From an uncultured Planctomycetota bacterium (GTDB lineage Bacteria > Planctomycetota > Planctomycetia > Isosphaerales > Isosphaeraceae), in assembly GCA_963823665.1 (NCBI GenBank), contig CAWGMQ010000005.1, forward strand, positions 416,001 to 480,000: 64,000 nucleotides of DNA. The letters run 5' to 3'. Position 1 is the stretch's first letter. The number at the start of each line of letters is the position of its first letter. Made by a program: the position numbers and the translations under genes. This document shows positions 53,701 through 63,634 of the stretch, one piece after another. The notes under the pieces are model-generated. The model saw nothing but the letters and a program-made list of their open reading frames with translations, was not told where the DNA came from and did not search any database.

Positions 53701-53760
53701 GATGCGCCGCTTGAAGAGGTGCTCGATCGTGTTGAGGGCCCGTTGCAATCGTCAGGCTGA
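50749..53760 (+). CDS. Hypothetical 'NAxKHGL' family protein with a repeat-expanded low-complexity tail
   Basis: SRYNAIKHGLTAKTPVLPGEDP N-terminus, helical core, four DFVP...TNIQNEI motifs. The start may be ATG 50782; the stop lies in a degenerate REP. Confidence 0.7.
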   Translation: MGVQQGAAVAGMNDQRASSYNVSRYNAIKHGLTAKTPVLPGEDPAELQAKINAYKTGQQTRTEAEGDLATLAAMAYWRAMRANRLEVNRMTGAMVARSRAEAVRETTDAEALGDRLLFDRRGPSQLYPSRDYEHKEPRTSSSGEPGDPDKPVILVRQLEATRAGRQWLRERLGEVREPIDSGEGWVSCEKFKAIRLLGKQPLDALWDSEVARLFLASYAIRRDLPSAFHELRCEIHYDRVKRHESQLSRKEQRAITPPNAAAARDVLLAIIDQAIERLWKLDAEYAEGDEILELTGSNVVSDAEAKHVAQVQRHLESSNRLAIRNLDTIKRWHRWEEEGWYKVRRDRERRKEEARRGRPLDQRFVLDQHGTVRDAWGYEGDLEAGLARWKAERGPQPCEDPYYRAPGAGGGSYAGGTPNDVSAKPAHSQIQGQTEAITDGACETAARNGNAQGAPGTRRPDAVADDVAVNQDADSAAEMRDGAADSGQAGVSDFVPVILTGHGPATNIQNEIDGLGMDDDGVLEEAGDGVVGGDASGAREAGRTGEDDGGTCACADGWGQEETYGRADGGVRDPRRTESGDGEGKEETCGPTDGGDPSGARDPRRTWEGAAAGAEIGDGAADLGQAGPSDFVPLTLTEQEPATNIQNEIDGLGMNDDGVLEEAGDRVVGGDASGAREAGRTGEDDGGTCACADGWGQEETYGRADGGVRDPRRTESGDGEGKEETCGPTDGGDPSGARDPRRTWEGAAAGAEIGDGAADLGQAGPSDFVPLTLTEQEPATNIQNEIDGLGMDDGGVAEEAGDRAVGREDLGAGEADCDLHNSAFSVAQPYCDGGRRDGPPLAPPFQGGESWRNIPAGKSPLRPVHIFNSPAGDSRRTVSDFVPLTLTGQEPATNIQNEIVGEEIGPAFRESQAEVAGDGDRDASETSPQTKGGGDDPPASSGEKRCVEPRRVSEPLSKRERRRRRREMSIKERQGRRGAMQRKADAPLEEVLDRVEGPLQSSG
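52170..53160 (+). repeat. 411-bp tandem duplication (about 2.4 units, 137 codons each)
   Basis: GCGACGAATATACAAAACG recurs at 52261, 52672 and 53083 with near-identical intervening sequence. Confidence 0.9.
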
Positions 53761-53830
53761 TGCCTGGAGACCGGAGGCCGAGATCGCGCTGGATGGGGCG
53801 GCGAGTCGATACACGCTCGAGATTCAGAAT

Positions 53831-54039
53831 TCAACGAGACGGCTTGCGCGGCGATCGGTTTCGGTCCTCTCGGACCGAGAGGTAAGCGCAGAGTGCGACG
53901 ATGATGATCTGGGGTGTCATGACAATTGCGGCGGCGAAGATGAGGGGCGCGAAGGCGCGGCGTTGATGGCGATGCCGAGCAGCAAGCCGAGGATCGCAAC
54001 GAGGATCATCAGGTCTCGGATTGTTTTGGGGGATTTCAA
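53831..54039 (-). CDS. Possible small two-TM protein (frameshift near 53955)
   Basis: MKSPKTIRDLMILVAILGLLLGIAINAA joins FAPLIFAAAIVMTPQIIIVALCAYLSVREDR. Confidence 0.4.
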
Positions 54040-54386
54040 GCGGTGGCCCCTGGACCGAGCGCAATCGCTATCATCGCCGTTAATGACATGAATCGTTTGA
54101 ACGTTTTGAACGGGCGGATCGGGACCCACGGCAAGAATCCTCGACTGGGCATGCGATGTTCGGGCGATGGCGCCTCGCGATCGCCGGCCGGTTGATTCGT
54201 GCGTTTCCAGACGCATTATCCACCTTGATTGTAGCCGTTTCCGTTTGCGCCACCATTGGCGAGAAAGGTTGAAGCTGGTGGTGTGGGGATTGTCTATAAT
54301 CGACCAACGCGTGAATCGTGGCGAACGATGGCGGATGGTCCGCGATGAAAATGGTCAGCAGTGGCGGACCTCATAGGAGCTGATTC

Positions 54387-55880
54387 TTGATTGATCGGGA
54401 TGCGTTTCGTGGATTGCCGGCGGTGGGTGCGTTGATCGAGCACGAGGTGTTGGAGTGCGCGGTGCGCACCCGCGGGCGGGCTGCTGTTGTTCGGGCGGTG
54501 CGGGCGGCGATTGAGGAGGCGCGCGAAGGGTTGCGCGCGGGGCGGCGGATCGCCGGGGATCTGCAGAGCCTGGCGGGGCGATCGATTCAGATCCTGGAGA
54601 GGGAGCGGGCGAGTATCCGGCCGGTGATCAACGCGACGGGCGTGTTGCTGCACACCGGGCTCGGAAGGGCGCCGCTGGCGCGTGAAGCGATCGAGGCGGT
54701 GGTTGCCGTCGCACGGGGTTACTGCAACCTGGAACTCGACCTCGAAGACGGCGAGCGCGGCCGGCGCACCACGGGAATCGAGCGACTGATTCGCGAATTG
54801 ACGGGGGCCGAGGCAGCGACGGCCGTGAACAACAACGCCGGAGCGACCGTGCTGGTACTCAAAGCTCTGGCGGCGGGGCGAGAGGTGATTGTGTCGCGCG
54901 GGGAGCTCGTCGAAATCGGTGGGAGCTTCCGACTGCCGGAGATTCTGGAGGCTTCCGGAGCAAAGCTTCGCGAGGTGGGCACAACCAACAAGACGCGGCT
55001 GACGGACTACGAGCGCGCAATAGGCCCCGAGACGGCGGCGATTCTGCGGGTGCACCGGAGCAATTTCGAGATCGTTGGATTCACCGAGGCGCCGGAGTTA
55101 CGTGCGCTCGTGCGGCTGGCCCACGATCGGGGGATCTGGGCGATCGACGACATTGGCTCGGGAGCGATCGATCCCGACACGCTTCCTCCGCCGGCCGCTG
55201 ACGAGCCAACGGCCGCCGGGAGCATCAGGGCCGGGGCGGACGTTGTGCTGTTCTCGGGTGACAAGCTGCTGGGCGGGCCCCAGTGCGGCGTGATCGCCGG
55301 CACGAAGCGCGCGATCGAAAAGATCGAGTCGGATCCTCTCATGCGAGCGCTGCGGCTCGACAAGATGGTGCTGGCCGCGCTCGAGGCGACGTTGCGGCTG
55401 GCGCTCGACCCGGAGCGAGCGGCGAGGGAGATTCCGCTGTGGTCGATGGCGGCGGTGCCGGTGGATGTTCTTGCGAGTCGTGCGGCCAGTTTGGCCCGAG
55501 TATTGTGTGATCGGTTTGGCTATCGCGCAGAGTGCGTGCCGTCGGATTCGTTCCTGGGGGGCGGGAGTGCGCCGATACGGGTGATTCCATCGGCGGCCGT
55601 GGCGATTTCGGCGCCGTTTCCGGCTGGCGCTCAGTCGGAAGCGGGGCTGGCGATGGCGCTTCGGGGCGGCGATCCGCCGGTGATTGCGCGGGTTCAGAAG
55701 GGGGCTGTGTTACTCGACCTGCGGACGGTCCCGAATGAGTGTGAGGCAGAGCTTCTCGACGCGCTTGGGAAAGTCTGTCATGATCGGATGGGCGCGGAGG
55801 CTGGACGTGGCACCGGCGATGACGGTGAGGGCTTGAGGGACGTCGGGACGAAGGCTGACCTACTGGAATCGTCAGGCTGA
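54387..55880 (+). CDS. selA: L-seryl-tRNA(Sec) selenium transferase
   Basis: VINATGVLLHTGLGRAPL, VNNNAGA, SRGELVEIGGSFR, EVGTTNKT, FSGDKLLGGPQ (PLP lysine), RALRLDK. Confidence 0.95.
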   Translation: MIDRDAFRGLPAVGALIEHEVLECAVRTRGRAAVVRAVRAAIEEAREGLRAGRRIAGDLQSLAGRSIQILERERASIRPVINATGVLLHTGLGRAPLAREAIEAVVAVARGYCNLELDLEDGERGRRTTGIERLIRELTGAEAATAVNNNAGATVLVLKALAAGREVIVSRGELVEIGGSFRLPEILEASGAKLREVGTTNKTRLTDYERAIGPETAAILRVHRSNFEIVGFTEAPELRALVRLAHDRGIWAIDDIGSGAIDPDTLPPPAADEPTAAGSIRAGADVVLFSGDKLLGGPQCGVIAGTKRAIEKIESDPLMRALRLDKMVLAALEATLRLALDPERAAREIPLWSMAAVPVDVLASRAASLARVLCDRFGYRAECVPSDSFLGGGSAPIRVIPSAAVAISAPFPAGAQSEAGLAMALRGGDPPVIARVQKGAVLLDLRTVPNECEAELLDALGKVCHDRMGAEAGRGTGDDGEGLRDVGTKADLLESSG

Positions 55881-55921
55881 AGCCTGACCTACAACAATCG
55901 TCAGGCTGAAGCCTGTCCTAC
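55871..55921 (-). repeat. Two GTAG-type REPs (family B)
   Basis: GTCAGGCTGAAGCCTG(A/T)CCTAC at 55871-55892 and 55900-55921, with a half copy at 55852-55863. Confidence 0.85.
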
Positions 55922-55944
55922 GAGGGTTTGAAGAGGAGTGCCGG

Positions 55945-56919
55945 ATGCGCATTTGCCGGTTTGGGTATGACGAAATGGTGCTCACCGGGTTTTACGCGGA
56001 TGACCATGTGATTCCCGTCGATCAGGCTGCCGAGGCCTTTAGCCGCGATACCGGTGTAGAGCTGTTGCTTCCGTCAACGGAGGATGTGCTCGACCTGCTG
56101 CCTCCGGATGGGTCGTCGTATGAAGCGGCGTGCGAGCTGTATGCGTGGGTTGAGAAGCTCGATTACGTCGATCGCGAGGAGTTCTTGATTCCGATCGCGG
56201 AGGTTCGGCTGCTGGTGCCGATTGCGAGCCCGCCCAAGATGTTTTTTCTGGCGGGGAACTACGCCAAGCACGTTGCCGAGCGCGGGGGAGTCGCGGCCGA
56301 GCGCGAGGAGACCTTTCCATACGTATTCATGAAGCCAGCGAGCACGACGCTGACGCACCCCGGTGATCCAATCGTGATTCCCCGGGTCTCGCCCGACCAG
56401 ATCGACTGGGAATGTGAGCTGGGGATTGTGATCGGCAGGCGGTGCCGGCACGTCGACGAGGACGAGGCAATGGCGTGCATTGCGGGGTACACGGTGGTAA
56501 ACGACATCAGCGACCGTGCATACCGGCCCAATCCCAAGCGGAAACCGCGCGAGCGCGACAAGTTTTTTGACTGGCAGCACGGCAAGTGGCACGACACATT
56601 TTGTCCGATGGGCCCGTGCGTGCTGGCGGCCGACGTGGTGGCGGACCCGCAGACGCTGCCGATCAAGCTTCTGGTCAACGGGCAGGTGAAGCAAGACGCG
56701 TCAACGGCCGAGATGGTGTTTCCGGTGCCGGCGATCGTGGCGTTCCTTTCGGAGCTGGTGACGCTTCAGCCGGGGGATGTGATCGCGACGGGCACTCCAT
56801 CGGGCGTGGGCTCTGCGACCGGGACATTTCTCAAGCCCGGCGACGTGGTGCGCGCGACGATCGAGCCGATCGGCACGCTCGAGAATCCCGTCGAAGCCGA
56901 GGAAGATGAAGACCTTTGA
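55945..56919 (+). CDS. Fumarylacetoacetate hydrolase family protein
   Basis: AGNYAKH, DWECELG, GYTVVNDIS, GKWHDTFCPMGP, PGDVIATGTPSGVG. Confidence 0.92.
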   Translation: MRICRFGYDEMVLTGFYADDHVIPVDQAAEAFSRDTGVELLLPSTEDVLDLLPPDGSSYEAACELYAWVEKLDYVDREEFLIPIAEVRLLVPIASPPKMFFLAGNYAKHVAERGGVAAEREETFPYVFMKPASTTLTHPGDPIVIPRVSPDQIDWECELGIVIGRRCRHVDEDEAMACIAGYTVVNDISDRAYRPNPKRKPRERDKFFDWQHGKWHDTFCPMGPCVLAADVVADPQTLPIKLLVNGQVKQDASTAEMVFPVPAIVAFLSELVTLQPGDVIATGTPSGVGSATGTFLKPGDVVRATIEPIGTLENPVEAEEDEDL

Positions 56920-59900
56920 TGACTGTCTTTCGCAAGTTGATGGTCGCCAATCGCGGCGAGATCGCGATCCGCGTCTTCCGGTCGTGCCATGAGCTCGGCA
57001 TCCGGACCGTGGCGATCTATTCGCACGAGGACCGGTTCGCCCTTCATCGACTGAAGGCGGACGAGGCATACGAGGTTGGCACGCCGGGCGAGCCGATTCG
57101 CAGCTACTTGAGCATCGATGCGATCATCGAGCTGGCCAAGGCGAAGGAAGTGGACGCGATTCATCCCGGATACGGGTTCCTTTCGGAGAATGCCGGGTTC
57201 GCGCGGGCGTGCGCCGTGGCAGGGATTGTGTTTGTCGGCCCGCGGCCGGAGCAGCTCGACCAGCTTGGCGACAAGGTGGCGGCGCGAAAGCTGGCGCGGG
57301 AGGCGGGCATTCCGGTGCTATCGGGGAGCGACGAGCCGGTGATGCCCGGAGCCGCTGCACAAGAGCTGGCGCAAACGCTCGGTCTTCCGGTGATCGTGAA
57401 GGCGTCGATGGGGGGCGGAGGGCGGGGGATGCGGGTGGTCGAGTCGGCCGCGGATCTCGATGCGGCGCTTGACCAGGCGCGGCGGGAGGCAGGCGCGGCG
57501 TTCGGCGTTCCCGACGTATTCATCGAAAAGTTCGTGCGCAAGGCCAAGCACATCGAGGTGCAAATCCTGGGAGACAAGCATGGCGGGCTCGTGCATCTGT
57601 ACGAGCGCGACTGCTCGGTGCAGCGGCGGCACCAGAAGATCGTCGAGATGGCGCCTGCGTACAACTTCGACCCGGCCGTGCGCGAGGCGATTTGCGATGC
57701 GGCGGTGAAGCTTGGGCGAGCCGTCGGGTACGAGAACGCGGGAACGGTCGAATTCCTGGTGGACGTGGAGACCGGTGCGTTCTATTTCATCGAGGTGAAC
57801 CCACGGATCCAGGTGGAGCACACGGTCACGGAGATGGTGACCAACATCGATCTGGTCAAGAGCCAGATCCTGATTGCCGCGGGGTTGCCGCTGGCTGACC
57901 CGGAAATCGACCTGGCATCGCAGGACCGGGTGCAGGTGCAGGGGTACGCGATCCAGTGCCGGGTGACGACTGAAGACCCCGAGAACAAGTTCACACCCGA
58001 TTATGGGAGGATCACGCATTACCGGTCCGTGGGCGGGCTGGGCATCCGGATCGACGGGGGCCCGGCGGTGACCGGAGGGATCATCACGCCGTTTTACGAC
58101 TCGCTGCTCGTGAAGATCTGTGCATCCGGGCGCCGGTTCATCGACGCGGCCCGGCGCATGGAGCGGGCGCTCGAGGAGTTCCGCGTGCGGGGGGTGAAGA
58201 CCAACATTCCGTTCCTGCTCAACTTGCTGGCGAGCCCGGATTTCCTGGCGGGGAGCTGCACGACGCGGTTCATCGATGAGAACCCGGAGCTGTTCCGGTT
58301 TCCGGTTCGCCAGAATCGAGCGATGCGGCTGCTGACGTATGCGGCAGAGATCACGGTGAACGGTTTTCCGGGGGTCGCGAGGCCGCCGGGGCTGGCCGTA
58401 GCACCGGAACCGCGGGCGCCGCGGGCTGGTCCGGAGGCGCCGCCGCCAGGCTCGAGGCAGAAGTTTCTGGAGATGGGGGCGGAGGCATTTTCGCGGTATG
58501 TCCGCGAGCAAGAGCCGCTTTTCGTGACCGATACGACCTTTCGCGACGCCCATCAATCGCTGCTGGCGACGCGGGTGCGCACCCGGGACATGCTGCGAGT
58601 GGCCGACGCTTATGCGCGGCTGTGTGCGGGCGTTTTTTCGATCGAGATGTGGGGAGGAGCCACCTTCGACACGGCGATGCGGTTCCTGAAGGAAGACCCG
58701 TGGGAACGGCTGGCGCAGCTTCGGGAGAGGATCCCCAACATCCTGTTTCAGATGCTATTGCGGGGGTCGAACGCGGTCGGCTACACGAGCTACCCGGACA
58801 ACGTGGTGAAGGGTTTCGTCAAGGAGTCGGCTTCCGCCGGTATCGATCTCTTTCGCGTTTTTGACTCGCTCAACTGGGTGCCCAACATGGAGCTCTCGAT
58901 CGAGTCGGTGCGCGAGGCCGGCGCGATCTGCGAAGCGGCGATCTGCTACACGGCCGATATCCTGAACCCCGCGCTTACGAAGTACACTCTGGCGTATTAT
59001 GTGGACCTCGCGAAGGAGCTGGAGAAGCGCGGGGCGAACATGATTGCGATCAAGGACATGGCCGGCCTGTGCAAGCCCAAGGCGGCGGAGCGATTGATCG
59101 CCGCGCTAAGGCAGGAAGTCGGCTTACCCATTCATTTCCATACACATGATATTGGAGGTGCGCAGGCGGCGAGCGTGCTGCTGGCGGCGGAGGTGGGTCT
59201 GGATATTGCCGACGGCGCCATCGCCTCGATGGCGGGACTGACCTCGCAGCCGAGCTTGAATGCGATCGTCGAGTCGCTGCGATTTACGCCGCGAGAGACG
59301 GGCATCGACCCGGCGGCGCTCGTCGAGATGAGCCGGTACTGGGCGGAAGTGCGCGAGCTGTACGGGCCGTTCGAGTCCGGGCCGCGGTCCCCTTCGGCCG
59401 ATCTGTACGCGCTCGAGATGCCAGGGGGCCAGTACACGAACTTGTTCCAGCAAGCCAAGGCGCTCGGGCTGGCTTCGCGCTGGCTGGAGGTGTGCGAGGC
59501 GTATTCGCGCGTGAATGAGCTCTTCGGGAACATCATCAAGGTGACGCCGAGCTCGAAGGTGGTCGGGGACATGGCGCTCTTCGTTGTGGCGAACAACCTG
59601 ACTTCCGAGGACGTGCTTGATCCGGAGCGGGAGCTGGCGTTTCCCGAGAGCGTGGTGGAGTTTTTCGAGGGCCGGCTTGGGCAACCGCCGGGCGGTTTTC
59701 CGAAGGCGCTTCAGGCCAGGGTGCTGAAGGGGCGCAAGCCGCTCGAGGAGCGGCCGGGTGCCCGGCTGGCAGCCGCGGACATGGCGCTGCGCGCGAGAAA
59801 GCGTCGGCACTGCTGGGCCGGGAAGCAACTGATCGGGACGCGCTCAGCTATCTGCTTTATCCGCGAGTGTTTCCCGATCTGGCTGCACACGAGCGCACGT

Positions 59901-60367
59901 ATGCCGACACGTCGATCCTGCCGACGTCAATCTTCTTTTTCGGCCCGGACCTGGGTGTGGAGCACCCGGTCGAGATCGAGCCGGGGAAGACGCTCATCGT
60001 GAAGCTGCTGGCGGTGGGTGAGCCGCACGCCGACGGGATGCGCACGGTCTTTTTCGAGCTGAACGGGCAGCCGCGCGAGGTTGAGGTGGCAGACCGATCG
60101 CTGGCCTCGTCGGTGCGGGAGGTACCGATGGCGGATCAGGGCGATCCGGGCCAGGTGGGCTCGCCGCTGCCGGGGTTGGTGGTGGGGGTGGCAGTCGGAC
60201 CCGGAGACGCGGTGCGGAAGGGGCAGAAGCTGCTTTCGATCGAATCCATGAAGATGGAATCGACAATCTACGCGGAGAGCCCTGGCCGGGTGGTGGATGT
60301 GCTGGCGATTGTGGGCCGCCAGGTGAAAGCCGGAGAATTGCTGGTAAGGCTCAGCCTCGAGAAATGA
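56919..60367 (+). CDS. pyc: Pyruvate carboxylase (frameshift near 59795)
   Basis: Biotin carboxylase domain (ANRGEIAIR, HPGYGFLSEN, RDCSVQRRHQK), carboxyltransferase domain (DTTFRDAHQSL, IKDMAG, HFHTHD) and biotinyl domain (ESMKME). Confidence 0.95.
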
Positions 60368-60402
60368 GCGTGGCGGTGAAGCAGACAACTGTGAGGTGGT
60401 GG

Positions 60403-60427
60403 ACGGCACACAGAGTGTGCCTGCTAC
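60403..60427 (-). repeat. GTAG-type REP-like element, family A
   Basis: Minus strand reads GTAGCAGGCACACTCTGTGTGCCGT. Confidence 0.7.
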
Positions 60428-60510
60428 TGGGAAGGCTCTGGAAAGGAATGGGCGCGGCCTGCGACAATGTTCCAGAGGGCCATGACGGGTTTGCCAGGCA
60501 ACTCCGCGGA

Positions 60511-61668
60511 ATGTCCGTACGAGGTGGTGACGTGAGATCAAGCTCATCGAAGAATAATTGGTCGCCGCAGGGAGACGCCGGTGCCGATCGTCCAGACGAA
60601 GGGCGCCCCGATATCGAAATTGATGCGAAGGCTCAAACGATCCGGGTCTCTGATGCACGGCTCATCAATGCGGGGCAGCGCGGATTTTGCCGCAGGCTGC
60701 TCGAAGCCGCGGCGCGGCGGCCGGGGATCGGCAAGGCGGAGGTCGACCTTTCCTTGGCGTCATGCCGGATCGAGTTTACCGGCAAGGCTACGAGCTCGCA
60801 AACGATGGCCGAGTTCTTCGCGGACTGCGTGCAAGAGGCGGCGAGGGGATTTCCGGACCGCGAAAAGAAGCTGTTCGGGCGGACGAGCCACGGCTGGACC
60901 AAGATGACGGCGTATCCGCTTGCGAGTGATATCTCGCTGTGGGAGACCTTCGACGCCAAGAGAGATCGGGTGAAGCTGCGGCATCAATGGCCGGAGGGGG
61001 GTGATCGCCAGTTGCCGCTCATGGCCGAGGCGATTTCGCGCCTGGGTGATGTGGAGCGCTGCGAGGCGAATCATCGATCGCGGAGCCTGACCGTGGATTT
61101 CCGGCATGCCCACAAGGAGCTGAATGGGTTCATGGATCAAGCGGAGCGAAGCTTCGAGGAACTACTGGCGAAGGCGACGAAAGCGGGGGCGGGCGATTCC
61201 GATCTGGTGCCACGCGAGGCCCTGGGGCGGGTCGAAGTTGAGACGGGGCCGAAGCGAGTCTTGTATCTGACGCTAGCGGGGGGCTCGTTTGCGATGACCC
61301 TGGTCGGGCTGGTCATTCCCGGCATTCCGACGGTGCCGTTCTTGCTGGCGACGAGCTATTTTCTGGCGCGGTCGTCGCCCTGGCTCGACCAGAAACTTCG
61401 CGACTCGGCGTACTTCGGTTCGATCGTGACCGAGTGGGAAGAGCATGGTGGGCTTGGTCGGCGCTCGAAAGCCAAGCTGGTGGCGCTCACGGGAGTGATC
61501 GTGGTGGTCGCGATTCTGGTGAGCCCGCTGTCACTCATGGCGATCATCCTGCTGATCGTGATTTCGTCGCTCACTGCGTACGGAGTGTATCGGCTCCCGG
61601 GACTTGAGAGTGAGCGCGGCGAGAAGCTCTCGCCCGGCAGGCCGCGGCTGGCTCTACCGGCTCCGTGA
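60511..61668 (+). CDS. Protein with HMA-like N-terminal modules and a C-terminal DUF454/YbaN membrane domain
   Basis: GLVIPGIPTVPFLLATSYFLARSSP...FGSIVTEWEEHGG (YbaN). Start uncertain; the 60364 extension runs through a REP. Confidence 0.75.
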   Translation: MSVRGGDVRSSSSKNNWSPQGDAGADRPDEGRPDIEIDAKAQTIRVSDARLINAGQRGFCRRLLEAAARRPGIGKAEVDLSLASCRIEFTGKATSSQTMAEFFADCVQEAARGFPDREKKLFGRTSHGWTKMTAYPLASDISLWETFDAKRDRVKLRHQWPEGGDRQLPLMAEAISRLGDVERCEANHRSRSLTVDFRHAHKELNGFMDQAERSFEELLAKATKAGAGDSDLVPREALGRVEVETGPKRVLYLTLAGGSFAMTLVGLVIPGIPTVPFLLATSYFLARSSPWLDQKLRDSAYFGSIVTEWEEHGGLGRRSKAKLVALTGVIVVVAILVSPLSLMAIILLIVISSLTAYGVYRLPGLESERGEKLSPGRPRLALPAP

Positions 61669-61704
61669 TCCAGATCTGGCGATTCGATTCCACCGGGAAG
61701 CTCA

Positions 61705-62496
61705 GTGACGTTGACTGAGGACGCTCTGCCAAAGACGAGCTGGCCATTCGTGCGGACGATGGTGGAGTGTGACGTGGTTCAATCGACGAACGACGTCGCG
61801 GCCCTGCTCGTCCGCACGGGGGCTCTAACGCTGCCGCTGGCGGTGTGGGCGCACCGGCAGACGCGAGGGCGGGGACGAGGCAGCCACGAGTGGTGGTCGG
61901 ACGAGGGTAGCTTGACGTTCACGATCGCGATCGATCCGGCCGCGCACAACCTTGGGCAGTTGGCCGTACCCCGAGTGGCCGTTGCGACCGCGGTGACGGT
62001 GATTGACGCGGTTCGCGAGCTGGGCTTCCCGGAGCACGGCTTGGGGATCCGATGGCCGAACGACGTGGAATGCGGCGGGAAGAAGCTTGGTGGGATCTTG
62101 CCCGAAACGGTGGCGCTCTTGGACGGGGAGCGTCTACTGATCGGGGTCGGGCTGAACGTGCAGACGAAACTGGACGAGGCACCTGCAGAGGTGAGGGAAA
62201 TGGCCGCTTCGCTAGCGACGGTTTCGTCGGGTTCCATCGAGGGGGAGATTCGGGCGCGGCTGCTTGCCGCGATCCTGGGACGATTCGAGGAGACACTGAG
62301 GCAGCTGGCGTCGGCGGACGCCGGACTGGCGGCGCGATGGAACGAGCTCGATGTGCTCCGCGAGCGAGAGCTTTGTGTCGACGTGGGCACGCACCTGGTT
62401 CAAGGGCGAGGACGTGGGATCGACTCCGACGGTGCACTGTGCGTCGACGACGGGCGGACGACCGTCAGGCTTTTCGGAGGGACGGTCCTCCGATGA
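61705..62496 (+). CDS. birA: Biotin--protein ligase (no HTH domain)
   Basis: STND, QTRGRGRG..W, RWPNDV...KKLGGIL.E, IGVGLNV, GIDSDGAL; downstream of pyc. Confidence 0.92.
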   Translation: MTLTEDALPKTSWPFVRTMVECDVVQSTNDVAALLVRTGALTLPLAVWAHRQTRGRGRGSHEWWSDEGSLTFTIAIDPAAHNLGQLAVPRVAVATAVTVIDAVRELGFPEHGLGIRWPNDVECGGKKLGGILPETVALLDGERLLIGVGLNVQTKLDEAPAEVREMAASLATVSSGSIEGEIRARLLAAILGRFEETLRQLASADAGLAARWNELDVLRERELCVDVGTHLVQGRGRGIDSDGALCVDDGRTTVRLFGGTVLR

Positions 62497-62688
62497 CGTT
62501 GTTTCGAAAAAGCGGTCTCGGCGCTTCGCCCCTGGGCCGAGTAACCTGGAAAGGAAGCGAGAAGTCGACGGAGCGTGCCGGGACGATTCTCAATGAAGCT
62601 AGCCGCACTGGCTTCGAGGGAAGAGCGCTGGCACGGTCGCTTGGTCGAATCCCACAGCCAGGGTTTCTCGCCGCTGCTTCCGGAGGAG

Positions 62689-63435
62689 ATGAGCGTGTCG
62701 AAATCGACTCCGGAGCGGACCTCCTCGGGTCAATTCCCATCGACCCACTGGAGCCGCGTGGTCGCGGCTGGTGGCGCGGGCGGTCCAAAGGCACGGGAGT
62801 CGCTGGCAGCGCTTTGTAATGCGTACTGGTACCCGCTTTACGCCTATATCCGGCGGCGGGGTTATTCCAGCGAGCAGGCCCAGGACTTGACGCAGGATTT
62901 CTTTACACGAATTCTCGAAAAGGGTCTGTTCGCGGAGGCCGACCCCGGGCGAGGTCGATTTCGATCATTCTTACGCACGGTCTGTTCACATTATTTGACG
63001 AATCGGCGTGCCACGGCGAAGACTTTGAAACGAGGAGGGGGCCGGCCCGCGATCTCGATTGACGCGGCGGGTGCGGAGGGGCGTTATTCGCGCGAGCTTG
63101 CACATCACCTTACTCCGGAGCGCATTTTCGACCGAACGTGGGCGCTGACGTTGCTCGGCAGGGTATTCAGCCAGGTCCGGCGCGAATATGAGGACGCGGG
63201 ACGCGCTGAGACTTTCGAGGCACTTCAGGTTTTTCTCACCGACGGGACTCGAGCGGCGTCGCACGCCGCAACGGCACGCAAGCTGGGAATCACGGAAGGT
63301 GCGGTCAGAGTGGCCGTGCACCGTCTCCGTCGCCGTTACGGCGACATACTCCGCCGCGAGATTGCCGCCACGCTTGACGATCCGGCGCAGATCGATGACG
63401 AGATCCAGGGCCTGTTTACAGCGATTGAGACTTGA
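62689..63435 (+). CDS. ECF sigma factor
   Basis: FPSTHWSRV, YWYPLYAYIRR, AQDLTQDFF, GRFRSFL, EGAVRVAVHRLRRRY; GGAGG RBS. Confidence 0.9.
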   Translation: MSVSKSTPERTSSGQFPSTHWSRVVAAGGAGGPKARESLAALCNAYWYPLYAYIRRRGYSSEQAQDLTQDFFTRILEKGLFAEADPGRGRFRSFLRTVCSHYLTNRRATAKTLKRGGGRPAISIDAAGAEGRYSRELAHHLTPERIFDRTWALTLLGRVFSQVRREYEDAGRAETFEALQVFLTDGTRAASHAATARKLGITEGAVRVAVHRLRRRYGDILRREIAATLDDPAQIDDEIQGLFTAIET

Positions 63436-63634
63436 GCGGGCATTAAAGTTTGAAACCGGCGGTAACATTTCACGTGATTTCCTTGACACTATAGTAAGGG
63501 AACGACTGGGAGTGCGCGCGACCGAGCTCGATCGGCTGCTCGCGAATCTCAGAGCCGCGGCTCGAGTCGAGTTACGGCTGAACAGGGCATGCCGCCGGCC
63601 AATGGCTGCCCCGAAGAGGGGTGGTCCCCGCTTC

